Shown here in pieces: positions 49,369-59,951 of a stretch of 64,000 nt of DNA. The notes below the pieces were generated by a model. That model saw only the letters and a list, made by a program, of their open reading frames with translations, ran no database searches and was not told the DNA's origin. Source of the stretch: an uncultured Bacilli bacterium (GTDB lineage: Bacteria > Bacillota_I > Bacilli_A > RF39 > UBA660); contig CANRDF010000001.1 of NCBI GenBank assembly GCA_947629255.1, positions 758-64,757 on the forward strand. Reading direction: 5' to 3'. Made by a program: the position numbers and the translations under genes. The number at the start of each line of letters is the position of its first letter. Within the stretch, counting starts at the first letter, position 1.

Positions 49369-50664
49369 TTACATTTTATTTTTGTTTAAACGCATTTTAA
49401 CACGATTTGCTTCTACTACCTCTTCTTTAAAACCCAATTTTTTATAGAAAGAAATTGCATAGTGATTTTCGCATCTTACCCATAAGTAAATAGAAGTATT
49501 GGGATGATGTTCCATAATACTCTTTAAAATACGAGTCCCTATTCCACAGTAACGGAAACGTTTTTCAATAAATATTTCTTCTAAATAAAGCTCATCTTTT
49601 ACCATATAATATCCAATAGTTCCAATCACATCTTTATCGTGTAAAATCATTTGATAATCTTTTAAATGTTTTGGAGTTTCATTACTAACAAAGGCTTCTT
49701 TTTTTTCTTTGTCTTCTTTACTGAAAGAATCATCTAAAACAGATTTCAATCGATATTCTTCTATTTTTTCTAAATCTTCCTTACTTGCTTTTCTAAGAGA
49801 ATAAGACTCATCCGGATTCACATGAATTTGAATATACCAAATCCGATCATCAAAAACTCTTAACCGATTCTCTGCTTCATGAATATGTCGATGACTTTTT
49901 AAAAGAGACATATTTGGATCCATACTCACTTCTGCATCCAATTTATAATACGTTCCAAATTTTAATACTTTCAATTTATCAACCCGACGAATTTCCGGAC
50001 TTTCTAAAAGAATGTCTTTGATTTGATTTAAATATTCTTCATCACTTTCTTGTTCATCTAAAATAGAACTTACATTTTCTTTTAAAAGTTCAAACCCAAT
50101 TTTTAAAATAAGTAACCCGACAAGTAACATAGCTACAACATCGGCATACTTAAATATTTCAATTTTTTTGGCAATTTGCATAAATAAAATAGAGACAAAA
50201 ACAACCACAGAACTAAACACATCTGTACGACTTTCATAACCACTTGCAAGTAAAATACTATTTTTCTCTTTCTTCCCTACCCGAATAATATAAGAAGATA
50301 AAAGATATTTCATAAAAATCGTAATAAAACTGACAATCGCGACTAATATACTAGGAATTTGTATCTCTTTGGTAACGGCATGAATAATCACGGTAATACC
50401 TAATATTAAAATTACAACGGATATAACGATACTAGTCATATATTCAATTTTACCATGTCCATAAGGATGCCCATCATCCGCGGGTTTCTTTGATAGTTTA
50501 TGTCCTATCATCGCGACTAAATCGGTAGAAAGATCACTGAAAGAATGGATACCATCGGCGATTAAGGCTCCACACTCCCCAATCACTCCAGTCATCACTT
50601 TAAAAATGGATAGAAAAAGATTGGTAAAAAAACTAATAAACATTGTTTTAGATACTACACTCAT
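49369..50664 (-). CDS. cation diffusion facilitator (CDF) transporter fused to a C-terminal GNAT acetyltransferase domain
   Basis: N-terminal CDF TM domain (HSFSDLSTDL, HPYGHGKIEY). The C-terminal ~130 aa carry the GNAT motif RYCGIGTRILKSIMEH. Confidence 0.65.
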   Translation of the reverse strand: MSVVSKTMFISFFTNLFLSIFKVMTGVIGECGALIADGIHSFSDLSTDLVAMIGHKLSKKPADDGHPYGHGKIEYMTSIVISVVILILGITVIIHAVTKEIQIPSILVAIVSFITIFMKYLLSSYIIRVGKKEKNSILLASGYESRTDVFSSVVVFVSILFMQIAKKIEIFKYADVVAMLLVGLLILKIGFELLKENVSSILDEQESDEEYLNQIKDILLESPEIRRVDKLKVLKFGTYYKLDAEVSMDPNMSLLKSHRHIHEAENRLRVFDDRIWYIQIHVNPDESYSLRKASKEDLEKIEEYRLKSVLDDSFSKEDKEKKEAFVSNETPKHLKDYQMILHDKDVIGTIGYYMVKDELYLEEIFIEKRFRYCGIGTRILKSIMEHHPNTSIYLWVRCENHYAISFYKKLGFKEEVVEANRVKMRLNKNKM

Positions 50665-51124
50665 TTTGATTCACTCCATTTTCAGTGTATTCCATTTTTT
50701 CTCTTTTGTCTATAGAATTTATCCTATATTTGTTTTTAATTTCTTCTAAACCATGCAAATGCCCTACTCCATAAGTTAGCATTGCTTCATGATAACGAAT
50801 GAGTAAGTTTTTATCTACTAAATAAAGAAAATATATTTTTTTACATATCCGAGCATAATCTTGAAACATCTCATAAAGTTCTTTTCTTTCATTCTTACTT
50901 GCCCACTCACTTATCTTTGTTGCATTTTCAAAACCATATTTTTGACAAGTTCGAACTTGTTCATATTTTTCTCCATCTACACTTAGGAAGGTCTCGTTTT
51001 CTATCGTTCCAATCACAACTGAAACAGGAACAAAGTCATAGATGTCATCACTTGCCATTGTTTTTAAATAAATCGTAGCAAAGTAAAGTTTATCCATAAC
51101 ATCACCATCTAATAAATACCACAA
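50648..51124 (-). CDS. hypothetical protein
   Basis: 158-aa ORF. Start ambiguous. Confidence 0.35.
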   Translation of the reverse strand: MWYLLDGDVMDKLYFATIYLKTMASDDIYDFVPVSVVIGTIENETFLSVDGEKYEQVRTCQKYGFENATKISEWASKNERKELYEMFQDYARICKKIYFLYLVDKNLLIRYHEAMLTYGVGHLHGLEEIKNKYRINSIDKREKMEYTENGVNQNECSI

Positions 51125-51216
51125 AAAGAAACAAATAACTAGTCTTGTATTTTACAATAAAATATGTTACCCCCAAAAAAGAGAGTAACATTTATAAACG
51201 AATGAGACAAACTTGC

Positions 51217-52650
51217 TTAATCTTTGGTATTTTTCGAAATAGAATAAGTAATATCTTTTTTACTAGGTCCCTTTAACCAAGTTCCATCGATAGAAAAACG
51301 AGATGCATGACATGGACAATCCCATGTTTTTTCAATTTCATTATAAATTAAAGTACATCCCATATGTGGACAAGTTGTTAAGACCGTATACTCTTTTCCA
51401 TCTTCGGAAACGGTAGCTAAACTTTTTCCATTCTCTCGAAAGAACTTTATATTTTTAGGATACCATTTTTTTCTTTTGAAAATTTTATTTTGAACCATTC
51501 CTATAGTATTCGATAAAACATTGATTGGATATTGTCCAAGTGTAGCCAAGTTCATTTTTCGATAAGGGTCAAAAGTACTAGCATATTTGTTTTCTTTATC
51601 ATTTAATAAATCTTTTAAAATGATACTTGCAAGAACACTGTTTGTCATTCCCCAAGTATTATATCCTGTTGCTAAGTAAAGTTGGTCTTTAATTTTTCCA
51701 ATAAACGGCAAAGAATCTGCAGTCATAATATCTTCATTTGACCAAAGATATTTTGGTTTAGAATCTCCTACTACATTTTCAAAATTCTTTTTATCATTTA
51801 ATTTCACACAGATGTTATGAGATTCACTAAGAATCAGTTCGTAGACTTCTTTCTTATTATCATAGTATCTTTTGGATACAACAGGATGCCCAGTTGTAAT
51901 AAAAGTTTCTTTTTTATTTAAGTCAATTAAATTGCCCATAATATAAGATTTTTCAATATAAGTTCGAATAGGAAGAAAAAATGGGAACAATTCAAAAGGA
52001 TAATGACACGCAAGAATGACCTGTTTTGCTTTTATCGTAACATCTCCTTTACAAAGATAGACTCCATCTTTTTCTTCAATCTCAGTAATTTTGGTATGTT
52101 CATAAATTATTTTTGTTTTACTTGCAATACTCGCGACAGTTTGAAGATATTTTAAAGGATGAAAAACATAAGTATCACTTACTTGAATCCAATTTTTTTC
52201 TTTTGTGACAGGAATATTCTGACTTTTCAAAAATTCATATTCTTCTTCTAATTCTTTATCTTGCGAATACACCTTAGAAGTCACATTTTCAAAATCACAA
52301 TCAATCTTCTCTTTTTTAATAATATCTTTGATTGTGTGTATGGCAAGACGTTGTGACTCTAAATAATCGATTGCTGCTTTTTCACCCACTAATTTTTTAA
52401 TTTTTGAATACATAATTCCTTGTAAATAATTAATTTTCGCGGTTGATCTAGACGTTACTCCATGTCCAATTTGATTTCTTTCTACTAAAACAACTTTCTT
52501 TTTTGAATCTTTTAATTCATAAAGTAAAGAAATGCCTGTCATTCCTCCACCTATAATAAGTATATCAGTATCGATATTTTCTTTTAATGTTTTATACTTG
52601 GTTTCTTCGATATCTTTGAACCAAATACTTTTTGTTTCCATATTAATCAC
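51217..52650 (-). CDS. FAD-dependent oxidoreductase with C-terminal Rieske [2Fe-2S] domain (YhfW-like)
   Basis: N-terminal GGGMTG dinucleotide-binding motif. C-terminal CPHMGC...CPCHASRF Rieske motifs. Confidence 0.75.
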   Translation of the reverse strand: MINMETKSIWFKDIEETKYKTLKENIDTDILIIGGGMTGISLLYELKDSKKKVVLVERNQIGHGVTSRSTAKINYLQGIMYSKIKKLVGEKAAIDYLESQRLAIHTIKDIIKKEKIDCDFENVTSKVYSQDKELEEEYEFLKSQNIPVTKEKNWIQVSDTYVFHPLKYLQTVASIASKTKIIYEHTKITEIEEKDGVYLCKGDVTIKAKQVILACHYPFELFPFFLPIRTYIEKSYIMGNLIDLNKKETFITTGHPVVSKRYYDNKKEVYELILSESHNICVKLNDKKNFENVVGDSKPKYLWSNEDIMTADSLPFIGKIKDQLYLATGYNTWGMTNSVLASIILKDLLNDKENKYASTFDPYRKMNLATLGQYPINVLSNTIGMVQNKIFKRKKWYPKNIKFFRENGKSLATVSEDGKEYTVLTTCPHMGCTLIYNEIEKTWDCPCHASRFSIDGTWLKGPSKKDITYSISKNTKD

Positions 52651-52819
52651 CTTTACTAATATGCTGCTATTTTCTTTTTTTAAACTTTATATTATTTTTT
52701 TACTTATTTTGGTAACACCTCCTAAGCACATAAATTTTCATTTTTGGGGCAAAAAAATGTCCCCCTTAAACTATAATTTATACTAACAAAAAAGTATTAG
52801 AAAAGCAAGAAAAAAGATC

Positions 52820-54199
52820 TTATTTTTCAGATAAATCTTTTTCTAAATTTTGAGCAAGTTCTTTAAAATGCATATCTCTACTTGCTTTGACTAAAATTGT
52901 ATCTTCACTTTCTACATAATCTATTAAATGACTTCTTAATTTCTCAGTGGTATCAAAATGAAAAATCTTATTTTGATCATAGCCATTTTGAATTGCTGAA
53001 TCCATAATATATTTCGTGGAATCTCCGCATAAATAGATGGCGTCCATGGATAAAAGAGTTTCTAAAGAGCCAATTTTTCGGTGAATTTCTTTTTTAAAAT
53101 CTTTCATTTCTAAAATATCACCAAGAACGGCAATTTTTCTTTTACCTTTGTAATCTTTTAAAATTTGTAAAGCACTTGTCACAGCTTCTAAATTAGAATT
53201 ATAACTATCATCCATTAAAGTAATCCCATTTTTTAAAGAAACAATTCGCATACGGTTTCCTGATAACTCAATTTTTTTTAAACGATTTTGAATATCCACA
53301 TTTGATACTCCTAAAAGAGTTCCTACTGCTACAGCAAGTAAGCTATTTAAGACAAATACTTTTCCCATCACGGGAACAGTTACTTCATAAGTTTCATTTT
53401 CATGATCAACTTCATAGGTACTTGAACCGACTTCTAATTTCACATTTTTAGCTAAAAAGTCACTTTCTGTATCAATTCCACATGTAACAATGTTATAACT
53501 TTCTAAATCTAACTTTGATAATAAATCATTATCGTTGTTAATCACTAAAGTACTTCCTTTATCCATTCCTTCTAAAATTTCTAATTTAGCTTTTAAAATA
53601 TTTTCTCTAGAACCAAGAATTCCGATATGAGCTGTTCCAATATTAGTGAATACTGCCATGGTAGGTCTTGCAATATGAGTTAAAACACTCATTTGACCAA
53701 AATCATTCATTCCCATTTCTATGACAACAACATCCTCGTTTCGATAAGATAAAAGAGTAAGAGGTAAACCAATTTGACCATTTAAGTTCCCAATGGATTG
53801 TAAAACTTTATATTTCGATTTTAAGATCTCAGCAATCATATCTTTGGTACTTGTTTTGCCTGCACTTCCTGTCACTGCTATTACAGGAACATCTATAACA
53901 CTTCTTACATATTTAGCGAGGTCTTGAAGAGCTATTACACTATCTTTCACTAAAATAATGGGAACACTTTCTTGTACAGTTTCATTATAAGAATCTAAAA
54001 TACAAGCACACGCACCCTTTTCTATCGCTTCTTTAAAAAATTTATTTCCATCAAAGACTTCCCCTCGAATTCCTACATAACAATCTCCTTTTTGAATCGT
54101 TCTTGTATCCTTAGAGTAATTTTCAATTTCTAAATTTTCATCACCCGATAGTAAAGTTCCATGACAAATTTGAACAATTTTTTTTAGTGTTAATTTCAT
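52820..54199 (-). CDS. murF: UDP-N-acetylmuramoyl-tripeptide--D-alanyl-D-alanine ligase
   Basis: Mur ligase P-loop TGSAGKTSTKDM. Size and domain order fit MurF. Start at ATG 54199 with AGGAG RBS. Confidence 0.8.
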   Translation of the reverse strand: MKLTLKKIVQICHGTLLSGDENLEIENYSKDTRTIQKGDCYVGIRGEVFDGNKFFKEAIEKGACACILDSYNETVQESVPIILVKDSVIALQDLAKYVRSVIDVPVIAVTGSAGKTSTKDMIAEILKSKYKVLQSIGNLNGQIGLPLTLLSYRNEDVVVIEMGMNDFGQMSVLTHIARPTMAVFTNIGTAHIGILGSRENILKAKLEILEGMDKGSTLVINNDNDLLSKLDLESYNIVTCGIDTESDFLAKNVKLEVGSSTYEVDHENETYEVTVPVMGKVFVLNSLLAVAVGTLLGVSNVDIQNRLKKIELSGNRMRIVSLKNGITLMDDSYNSNLEAVTSALQILKDYKGKRKIAVLGDILEMKDFKKEIHRKIGSLETLLSMDAIYLCGDSTKYIMDSAIQNGYDQNKIFHFDTTEKLRSHLIDYVESEDTILVKASRDMHFKELAQNLEKDLSEK

Positions 54200-54298
54200 A
54201 CATATCAACTCCTACTAAAATATTACACATTATTTTTTATAATATTTCTGGTTTTTTACTCAAAAGTTTGATATATTATACTTTGTCGAGGTGAATAT

Positions 54299-54739
54299 AT
54301 GATAGAAAGTAAAGAAAGCATATGTGAGTTCATAATTTTAATGTATGAAAGATTTTTAGACTTATATAACGAAAAAATTGTTTATACAGATATAAATCAA
54401 GAAAATAATTTCATATTAGAATCTTATGAAATATACATTGCTAAAGTAATTCAAAAATTAGTTCCATCTTTAGTTGTAGTTATGTTTCAAAATGGACATT
54501 ATGGATACTTAATTAAAAATGTTGTTTTAGATTTTTATGTAAATCCTACTTATGATCAAAAATACACTATAATTACAGATATGGAATTTGAATTTCTTCA
54601 AGGTAATTCACTAGGAAAATGTGATCCTCTAAGAAATAAGGTTTGGAATACCTTAGAAAGTGATTTACTAAAAGATGGTACCATTCTTATTGAAACTGTA
54701 AAACATCGTTTTTTCAAGAGAACAAGAATTTTAAAATAA
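54299..54739 (+). CDS. hypothetical protein
   Basis: 146-aa ORF. Confidence 0.35.
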   Translation: MIESKESICEFIILMYERFLDLYNEKIVYTDINQENNFILESYEIYIAKVIQKLVPSLVVVMFQNGHYGYLIKNVVLDFYVNPTYDQKYTIITDMEFEFLQGNSLGKCDPLRNKVWNTLESDLLKDGTILIETVKHRFFKRTRILK

Positions 54740-54767
54740 CATGAAAAACAATCATGTTATTTTTAAT

Positions 54768-56654
54768 CTATAAAGGTAAATAATTTGTCATTTTTAAACT
54801 TATATTTCGAGTAAAAGGATAATTATAACTACTAATATCAGTAATATATGGAGCCACGACAACCATACTATATTTAGGATTCTCTCTTGGATAGTAAAAA
54901 ACAACGGTGGAATTAATAACAGGAGTATCTACAACTCCATCTTGATCACTATCATAGAATGTTTCACTGGTTCCTGTTTTACCAACCGCATTTAAGGCAG
55001 CACTCACATAACTAGAAGCTGTTCCTCCATGAAATACTTGATAAAGCCCTTCGGTAATTCGATCATAGTAACTAGCATCCATTTGAATTTGATTTAAAAA
55101 CACATTGGATTCCTCTTTTTTGATTCTTAAAGCATATCGATTTCCATAATTAGCAATTGTATTAATATATTGAAGTAAACTTATCGGAGTATAGGTGTCA
55201 TATTGACCGATCGCAAAGTTTAAAAGAAGGTCTCCAGCAATTGTCGTTCCTTTCATACCTGTTTGTTCATTTGGATAATCAATTTCCGTTAAATTTCCAA
55301 GTCCATAACTAGAGAATATATCACGGTAACGTGCAAAGTCTTTTTCAGTCACATCAAATTTCATATTGTAAGAATAGTTTTGACCAGTAGATTGAATTGC
55401 CGTTAAAAATTGAAAGTAATTCGAACTGGTTCGCAACGCGGTAATATCATCGACATATCCTAGTGAAGTATAAGAGCATTTGGAAGGTTCACTGTAAAGC
55501 TTCACACAAGAATCTAATACTCTTTTGCCAACCGTAATTCCCCCACTTAAGTACCCAACTGTACTACTCGCTCCCTTTACCACACTTCCCATCGCATATG
55601 AAGAAGTAAGAGCCGTGATCGTGATATCTTGATATTCGCCATTATCCATTCTCCTTAGTCCCGTCATAGCAACAATACCACCAGTCATCGGGTTTCCAAT
55701 AAAAGCATAAGCTTCTTTAAAGTATTTAGCACTTGGTTTTTCATGAGCAAGTTCCATCTCTTCTTTCATCGCTTTTTCAAGTTCCAACTGAACATCAATA
55801 TCTATATTTAAAGTAATGTCTTTGCCAGGAATTTCTTCCTCTAATAAAGTAAGCGTGTTATCAGAATTTAAAAAATATTTAGCTTTTTTGCCACTTAACT
55901 CTTTTTCATAAACTCTTTCAAGACCACTTACTCCCACGGTATCACTGATAAAATAGCCATTCTCTAAAAACTCACTTAATCTTTCTTCTGGTATACTTCC
56001 AATACTTCCAAAGATACTTTTTAGGGTATCTCCATAAGGATAACTTCTTTTCGATGTCACTTTTACTGACAGACTTGGAATTTCAAGTTCTAAAATTTCC
56101 GCGACAAAATCATCACTTACATTCTGAAATAAAAATTTATCTTGATAACTGTATCCTTCTTGCATTTTGATATATAAAAAAATAATTTTTTGTTCTTCAG
56201 GTGAGTAAGTGATCAAATCTTCAGTGATTCTTTCCCATTTCAACTTATTAATATCTTCATTGGTTAGTTTTCTTTCATCCCAAAGACGCCACTCCTCTTC
56301 GGTAATTAAATTTTTTCCGTTTGAATTGGTAGCTAAATAATAATTTTTTAAATCTTTTTCACTTAAATCCACTTCTTCTACAAAACTAGATAGGCATCCT
56401 GCTATTTTAAGCTCTTCTTCGGTTGTCACACCTACATCCTTATGATAAACAATGTTTAAAATACCTTCGTTATCTACTAGAACTTTTCCATTTCGATCTA
56501 AAATTCTTCCTCTTGGTGTTGAATCTCCTAAAATAATATTTTCGGTTTTCTCTTTTAAAAGATTTGTATAATAATCTTTATGATTTAAATTTAGATTTAA
56601 TAAAACACCAGAAAATGTGAGAAATAAGCATGTTAAGAATAATTTGAATTTCAT
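54768..56654 (-). CDS. class B penicillin-binding protein (transpeptidase)
   Basis: N-terminal TM. SxxK (GSVVK) and KTG (GKTGTSE) motifs. Confidence 0.8.
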   Translation of the reverse strand: MKFKLFLTCLFLTFSGVLLNLNLNHKDYYTNLLKEKTENIILGDSTPRGRILDRNGKVLVDNEGILNIVYHKDVGVTTEEELKIAGCLSSFVEEVDLSEKDLKNYYLATNSNGKNLITEEEWRLWDERKLTNEDINKLKWERITEDLITYSPEEQKIIFLYIKMQEGYSYQDKFLFQNVSDDFVAEILELEIPSLSVKVTSKRSYPYGDTLKSIFGSIGSIPEERLSEFLENGYFISDTVGVSGLERVYEKELSGKKAKYFLNSDNTLTLLEEEIPGKDITLNIDIDVQLELEKAMKEEMELAHEKPSAKYFKEAYAFIGNPMTGGIVAMTGLRRMDNGEYQDITITALTSSYAMGSVVKGASSTVGYLSGGITVGKRVLDSCVKLYSEPSKCSYTSLGYVDDITALRTSSNYFQFLTAIQSTGQNYSYNMKFDVTEKDFARYRDIFSSYGLGNLTEIDYPNEQTGMKGTTIAGDLLLNFAIGQYDTYTPISLLQYINTIANYGNRYALRIKKEESNVFLNQIQMDASYYDRITEGLYQVFHGGTASSYVSAALNAVGKTGTSETFYDSDQDGVVDTPVINSTVVFYYPRENPKYSMVVVAPYITDISSYNYPFTRNISLKMTNYLPL

Positions 56655-56720
56655 AAGGATTCACCCTAAAATTAGTATTTCTTTTTTTTCTTTTTTCATA
56701 CACTAGTTATAGGTGGTATT

Positions 56721-56981
56721 ATGTATAATTTAGTTAAAAGATACATGGATAATTTAACCATAGACCAAGTTCGTGATTTTGCAATCAAGAATAATGTGGA
56801 ACTTAGCGAAGAGGAACTCACTTTTACGTATGATTTTGTGAAAAAAAATTGGGAACTTATTTTCAGAAATCCCAATTTATTTAATTTAGAACGTTATAAA
56901 GATCGTTTTAGTGAAGCAAACTATCAAAAAATTCAAAAACTTATTCAATTCTATTATCAAAAATATGGTTATTTATTATAA
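56721..56981 (+). CDS. small conserved protein (DUF2624-like)
   Basis: 86 aa. Pattern similarity only. Confidence 0.35.
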   Translation: MYNLVKRYMDNLTIDQVRDFAIKNNVELSEEELTFTYDFVKKNWELIFRNPNLFNLERYKDRFSEANYQKIQKLIQFYYQKYGYLL

Positions 56982-57027
56982 GTATCCTGTTTTATTTAAA
57001 AATGTTTCTATTCTAGGAAGCATTTTT

Positions 57028-57936
57028 TTATGACTTATCATATATATCTAAAATATCTTCTAATAATTTTTCATTCCATTTTTTTTCGCGTATCATTTTA
57101 ATTTCAAAAAAATATGGTGGAAATAATCTTTCTTTATCTTCCCAAGTATGTCCCACATAAGGTGTTTCTAATATTTTAGGAACATCTTTTAATTTTTCTT
57201 CATAAATGACATTTAATAAAGCATCAAAGCCAATAGTTCCATATCCAATATTGGCATGTCGATCTTTATGAGAACCTAACTCATTCTTACTATCATTAAT
57301 ATGAATGCAACCTATCTTTTCAAGACCAATTTCTTTATCAAATAAATCTAGATATTCTTTAAAATTTACAATGGATACTCCTGAATCATTCAAGTGACAG
57401 GTATCTAGACAAACACCAATATCATGTTGAACATTTTGAATGATAAATTTGATTTCTTCTAAGGTACAACCACATTCAGTTCCCTTACCTGCCATTGTTT
57501 CTAAAAGAATTTTACATTGAACACTCTTTTCTAACACTAAATTTAAAGCATCTGCGATATTTTGTAAAGCTGTGTCTCTAGGCATTCCTACCGCACTTCC
57601 TGGATGGAGTACTAAATAATGTATTCCTAGAGCATCACATCTACTTAATTCTTGCTTTAAAAAATTAATACTAAACTGCCATTTTGAATCATCAGTACGA
57701 TTGGCAAGATTAATAATATAAGGTGCATGGCAAATGACATTTTGAATATCAATTCCATTTTCTTCCATATATTTTTTTGCTTCAGTAAGTAAATTCAAAT
57801 CAATTTCTTTTCGCATTGTATTTTGAGGAGCACCTGTATAAAACATAAATGTGTTTGCTCCATAAGAAACCGCTTCTTTTGCACTTCCAAGTAATTGATC
57901 ACTTTCAAAAGATACATGACTACCAATAATTAACAT
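57028..57936 (-). CDS. nfo: endonuclease IV (AP endonuclease family 2)
   Basis: TIM-barrel motifs HAPYIINLA, LVLHPG, HLNDS. Confidence 0.85.
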   Translation of the reverse strand: MLIIGSHVSFESDQLLGSAKEAVSYGANTFMFYTGAPQNTMRKEIDLNLLTEAKKYMEENGIDIQNVICHAPYIINLANRTDDSKWQFSINFLKQELSRCDALGIHYLVLHPGSAVGMPRDTALQNIADALNLVLEKSVQCKILLETMAGKGTECGCTLEEIKFIIQNVQHDIGVCLDTCHLNDSGVSIVNFKEYLDLFDKEIGLEKIGCIHINDSKNELGSHKDRHANIGYGTIGFDALLNVIYEEKLKDVPKILETPYVGHTWEDKERLFPPYFFEIKMIREKKWNEKLLEDILDIYDKS

Positions 57937-58017
57937 GACTACACCAACTTTCTTAAATATTATAAATCATAAATAAGAAAATTCCAATTATAATAATTAG
58001 ATTATTAGTGTAAATTA

Positions 58018-58920
58018 TTATAGTGATTTCTTATAAGCGACATCTAATATGTTTTCTTTACGATACTGAATTGATTTTTTTAAATATTCTTTCTTCTTAT
58101 CAGACAAAATAGACATTTCATCAATTAATTTAAATATTGTCTCTAAATGAATTTTAGGTACAATTCGAAGCACAGCTTGATTTAATTCTTCTATATTTTT
58201 CTGATAAAACTGTTTGTACGTTAGTTTTTCTCCTTTATATTTATAAATAGGATGAATATTATAAGCAACATCTTTAAAAAAAGGTTCTTCCTCTAATGCT
58301 CTTTCAATATCACTTTCACTTAATAAAGGATTTAAAGAAGATCCACAGTCATAGACAGGGGCAAAAGAAAGATTATTCTCTTTTAAAAGAAATCCCCAGT
58401 TAGAAAGATGGCGATCTGTATTGCCAATTAATGTATCGACCACAAACATATTCCAAAAACTATCCTTGATTTGAGAGATATTCACTTGAAAGGAACTTGA
58501 TAAACTTTTTAATACATCATAAATATCATTTATATCTGTGGTAAAGTGCCTATCCATATTCGTGATGCTATTTGATAAAGAAGAAAATTCAATTAATTTT
58601 GTTTTTTCATCTGTAAAGTCTTTACAAGCAACCACGTTCTTTTCTTTCCATAAAGATTTAGAATCCATTGGTTCTATATATTTTCCTAGTAAAACCTCTT
58701 GAACATCTATTCCAATTTCTTTAAATATTTTGCATCCTAAGTACTCAGAATCAATATTATTCACATAAGATAAACTTACGTTTTTTTCACGAACAGGGTC
58801 TGGAAATTTTAATAAATAGACTTCTCCCTTATAAAAGATTTTCTTCTTTTTCTCTGAACCACCATAATCACAAAACAATTCTTTAGAATTAGTAAAATCT
58901 ATCATACAATTAACCCCCAA
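58018..58920 (-). CDS. HipA-like serine/threonine kinase domain protein (short, HipT-like size)
   Basis: Catalytic-loop-like NTDRHLSNWGFLL and APVYDCGSS match HipA C-terminal motifs. 300 aa. Confidence 0.55.
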   Translation of the reverse strand: MGVNCMIDFTNSKELFCDYGGSEKKKKIFYKGEVYLLKFPDPVREKNVSLSYVNNIDSEYLGCKIFKEIGIDVQEVLLGKYIEPMDSKSLWKEKNVVACKDFTDEKTKLIEFSSLSNSITNMDRHFTTDINDIYDVLKSLSSSFQVNISQIKDSFWNMFVVDTLIGNTDRHLSNWGFLLKENNLSFAPVYDCGSSLNPLLSESDIERALEEEPFFKDVAYNIHPIYKYKGEKLTYKQFYQKNIEELNQAVLRIVPKIHLETIFKLIDEMSILSDKKKEYLKKSIQYRKENILDVAYKKSL

Positions 58921-59192
58921 AAGAAATTTTTTAATTCTTCATTTTTTGCTGAGGATAGCTCCCCTGTTACTACTTCGGCTTTCATTGAAATACATAAATC
59001 ATAAATGGCTTGTTTCAATTGATAATACAATGCACTATCTTCTTCATTTAATTTATAATCTCTATTTTTTCTTTTTACATTTTCTATATCTTGTTTAATC
59101 CATTTGGAAAGATTGGAATTTAAATATTCTTCTATTTGTTTTTCTTCTTTTTCTAAGCGCATTTTACTCACTTCCTTGCTTGCATTATACAA
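58902..59192 (-). CDS. small protein overlapping the HipA-like gene (candidate partner/antitoxin)
   Basis: 96 aa, charged. 19-nt overlap with the kinase start. Confidence 0.35.
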   Translation of the reverse strand: MYNASKEVSKMRLEKEEKQIEEYLNSNLSKWIKQDIENVKRKNRDYKLNEEDSALYYQLKQAIYDLCISMKAEVVTGELSSAKNEELKNFFWGLIV

Positions 59193-59251
59193 TAGTTTTT
59201 GTTGTCTTACAAGTTTTAAATAAATAATGATCTATCAATCACATTTTCATT

Positions 59252-59881
59252 TTATATTTTTAAATGTCGTTTCATCACTATATTTCGTCCTAATTCAGGA
59301 TTAGTTATATATTCCTTCATTTCATCTTTTTCTATTTCTTCAAAAATATAACTTCCATATTTTACTATGTCCTTTATATCGTGATAGTATCCTGTATGTA
59401 CATAACATTTTTTTACATGCTCAAGTTGATTCATTAAAATTGTTTCAAAGGAAAGTGTAGTAAAATAAACATCATAAGCAAATTTCGTTACATCTCTTTG
59501 TTCATAAAAGAAAGCAAAGAATGGACAATAAGTCATGACTCGATTTCTTATATCAAATTGACCTAAAATTCTTTTTTCTGGGTCACTCATTTTTTTCCCA
59601 CCATCTACGATATCTTTTTCTAAAAATTCTTCTCTTAGGTTACATCCACCCATCCCTTTTATAGGAGTTCTATAAAAAGGCAAATTTCTAAATTCTTTTA
59701 AAGAAGCAGGATCATCAAAATTGTATTTTTTTAAATCCTCTGGAGAAATATACTTTAAAAAGAATCTTTCTTCATCTATTTGATTTTTTCTTAATTTTAA
59801 AATACTTGTAAAAATATCTTTTTTTAAAGAAAGTTCATATTTTTCAACAGATACTATATCATCTCTAAATAAATTGGGCAT
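59252..59881 (-). CDS. hypothetical protein
   Basis: 209-aa ORF. Confidence 0.35.
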   Translation of the reverse strand: MPNLFRDDIVSVEKYELSLKKDIFTSILKLRKNQIDEERFFLKYISPEDLKKYNFDDPASLKEFRNLPFYRTPIKGMGGCNLREEFLEKDIVDGGKKMSDPEKRILGQFDIRNRVMTYCPFFAFFYEQRDVTKFAYDVYFTTLSFETILMNQLEHVKKCYVHTGYYHDIKDIVKYGSYIFEEIEKDEMKEYITNPELGRNIVMKRHLKI

Positions 59882-59951
59882 ATTTTACACCTCTTTCTTC
59901 TTATTTATTTAAGTTACTACTTTTTTCATTTTTTTTCAACTATTAGTTGTC

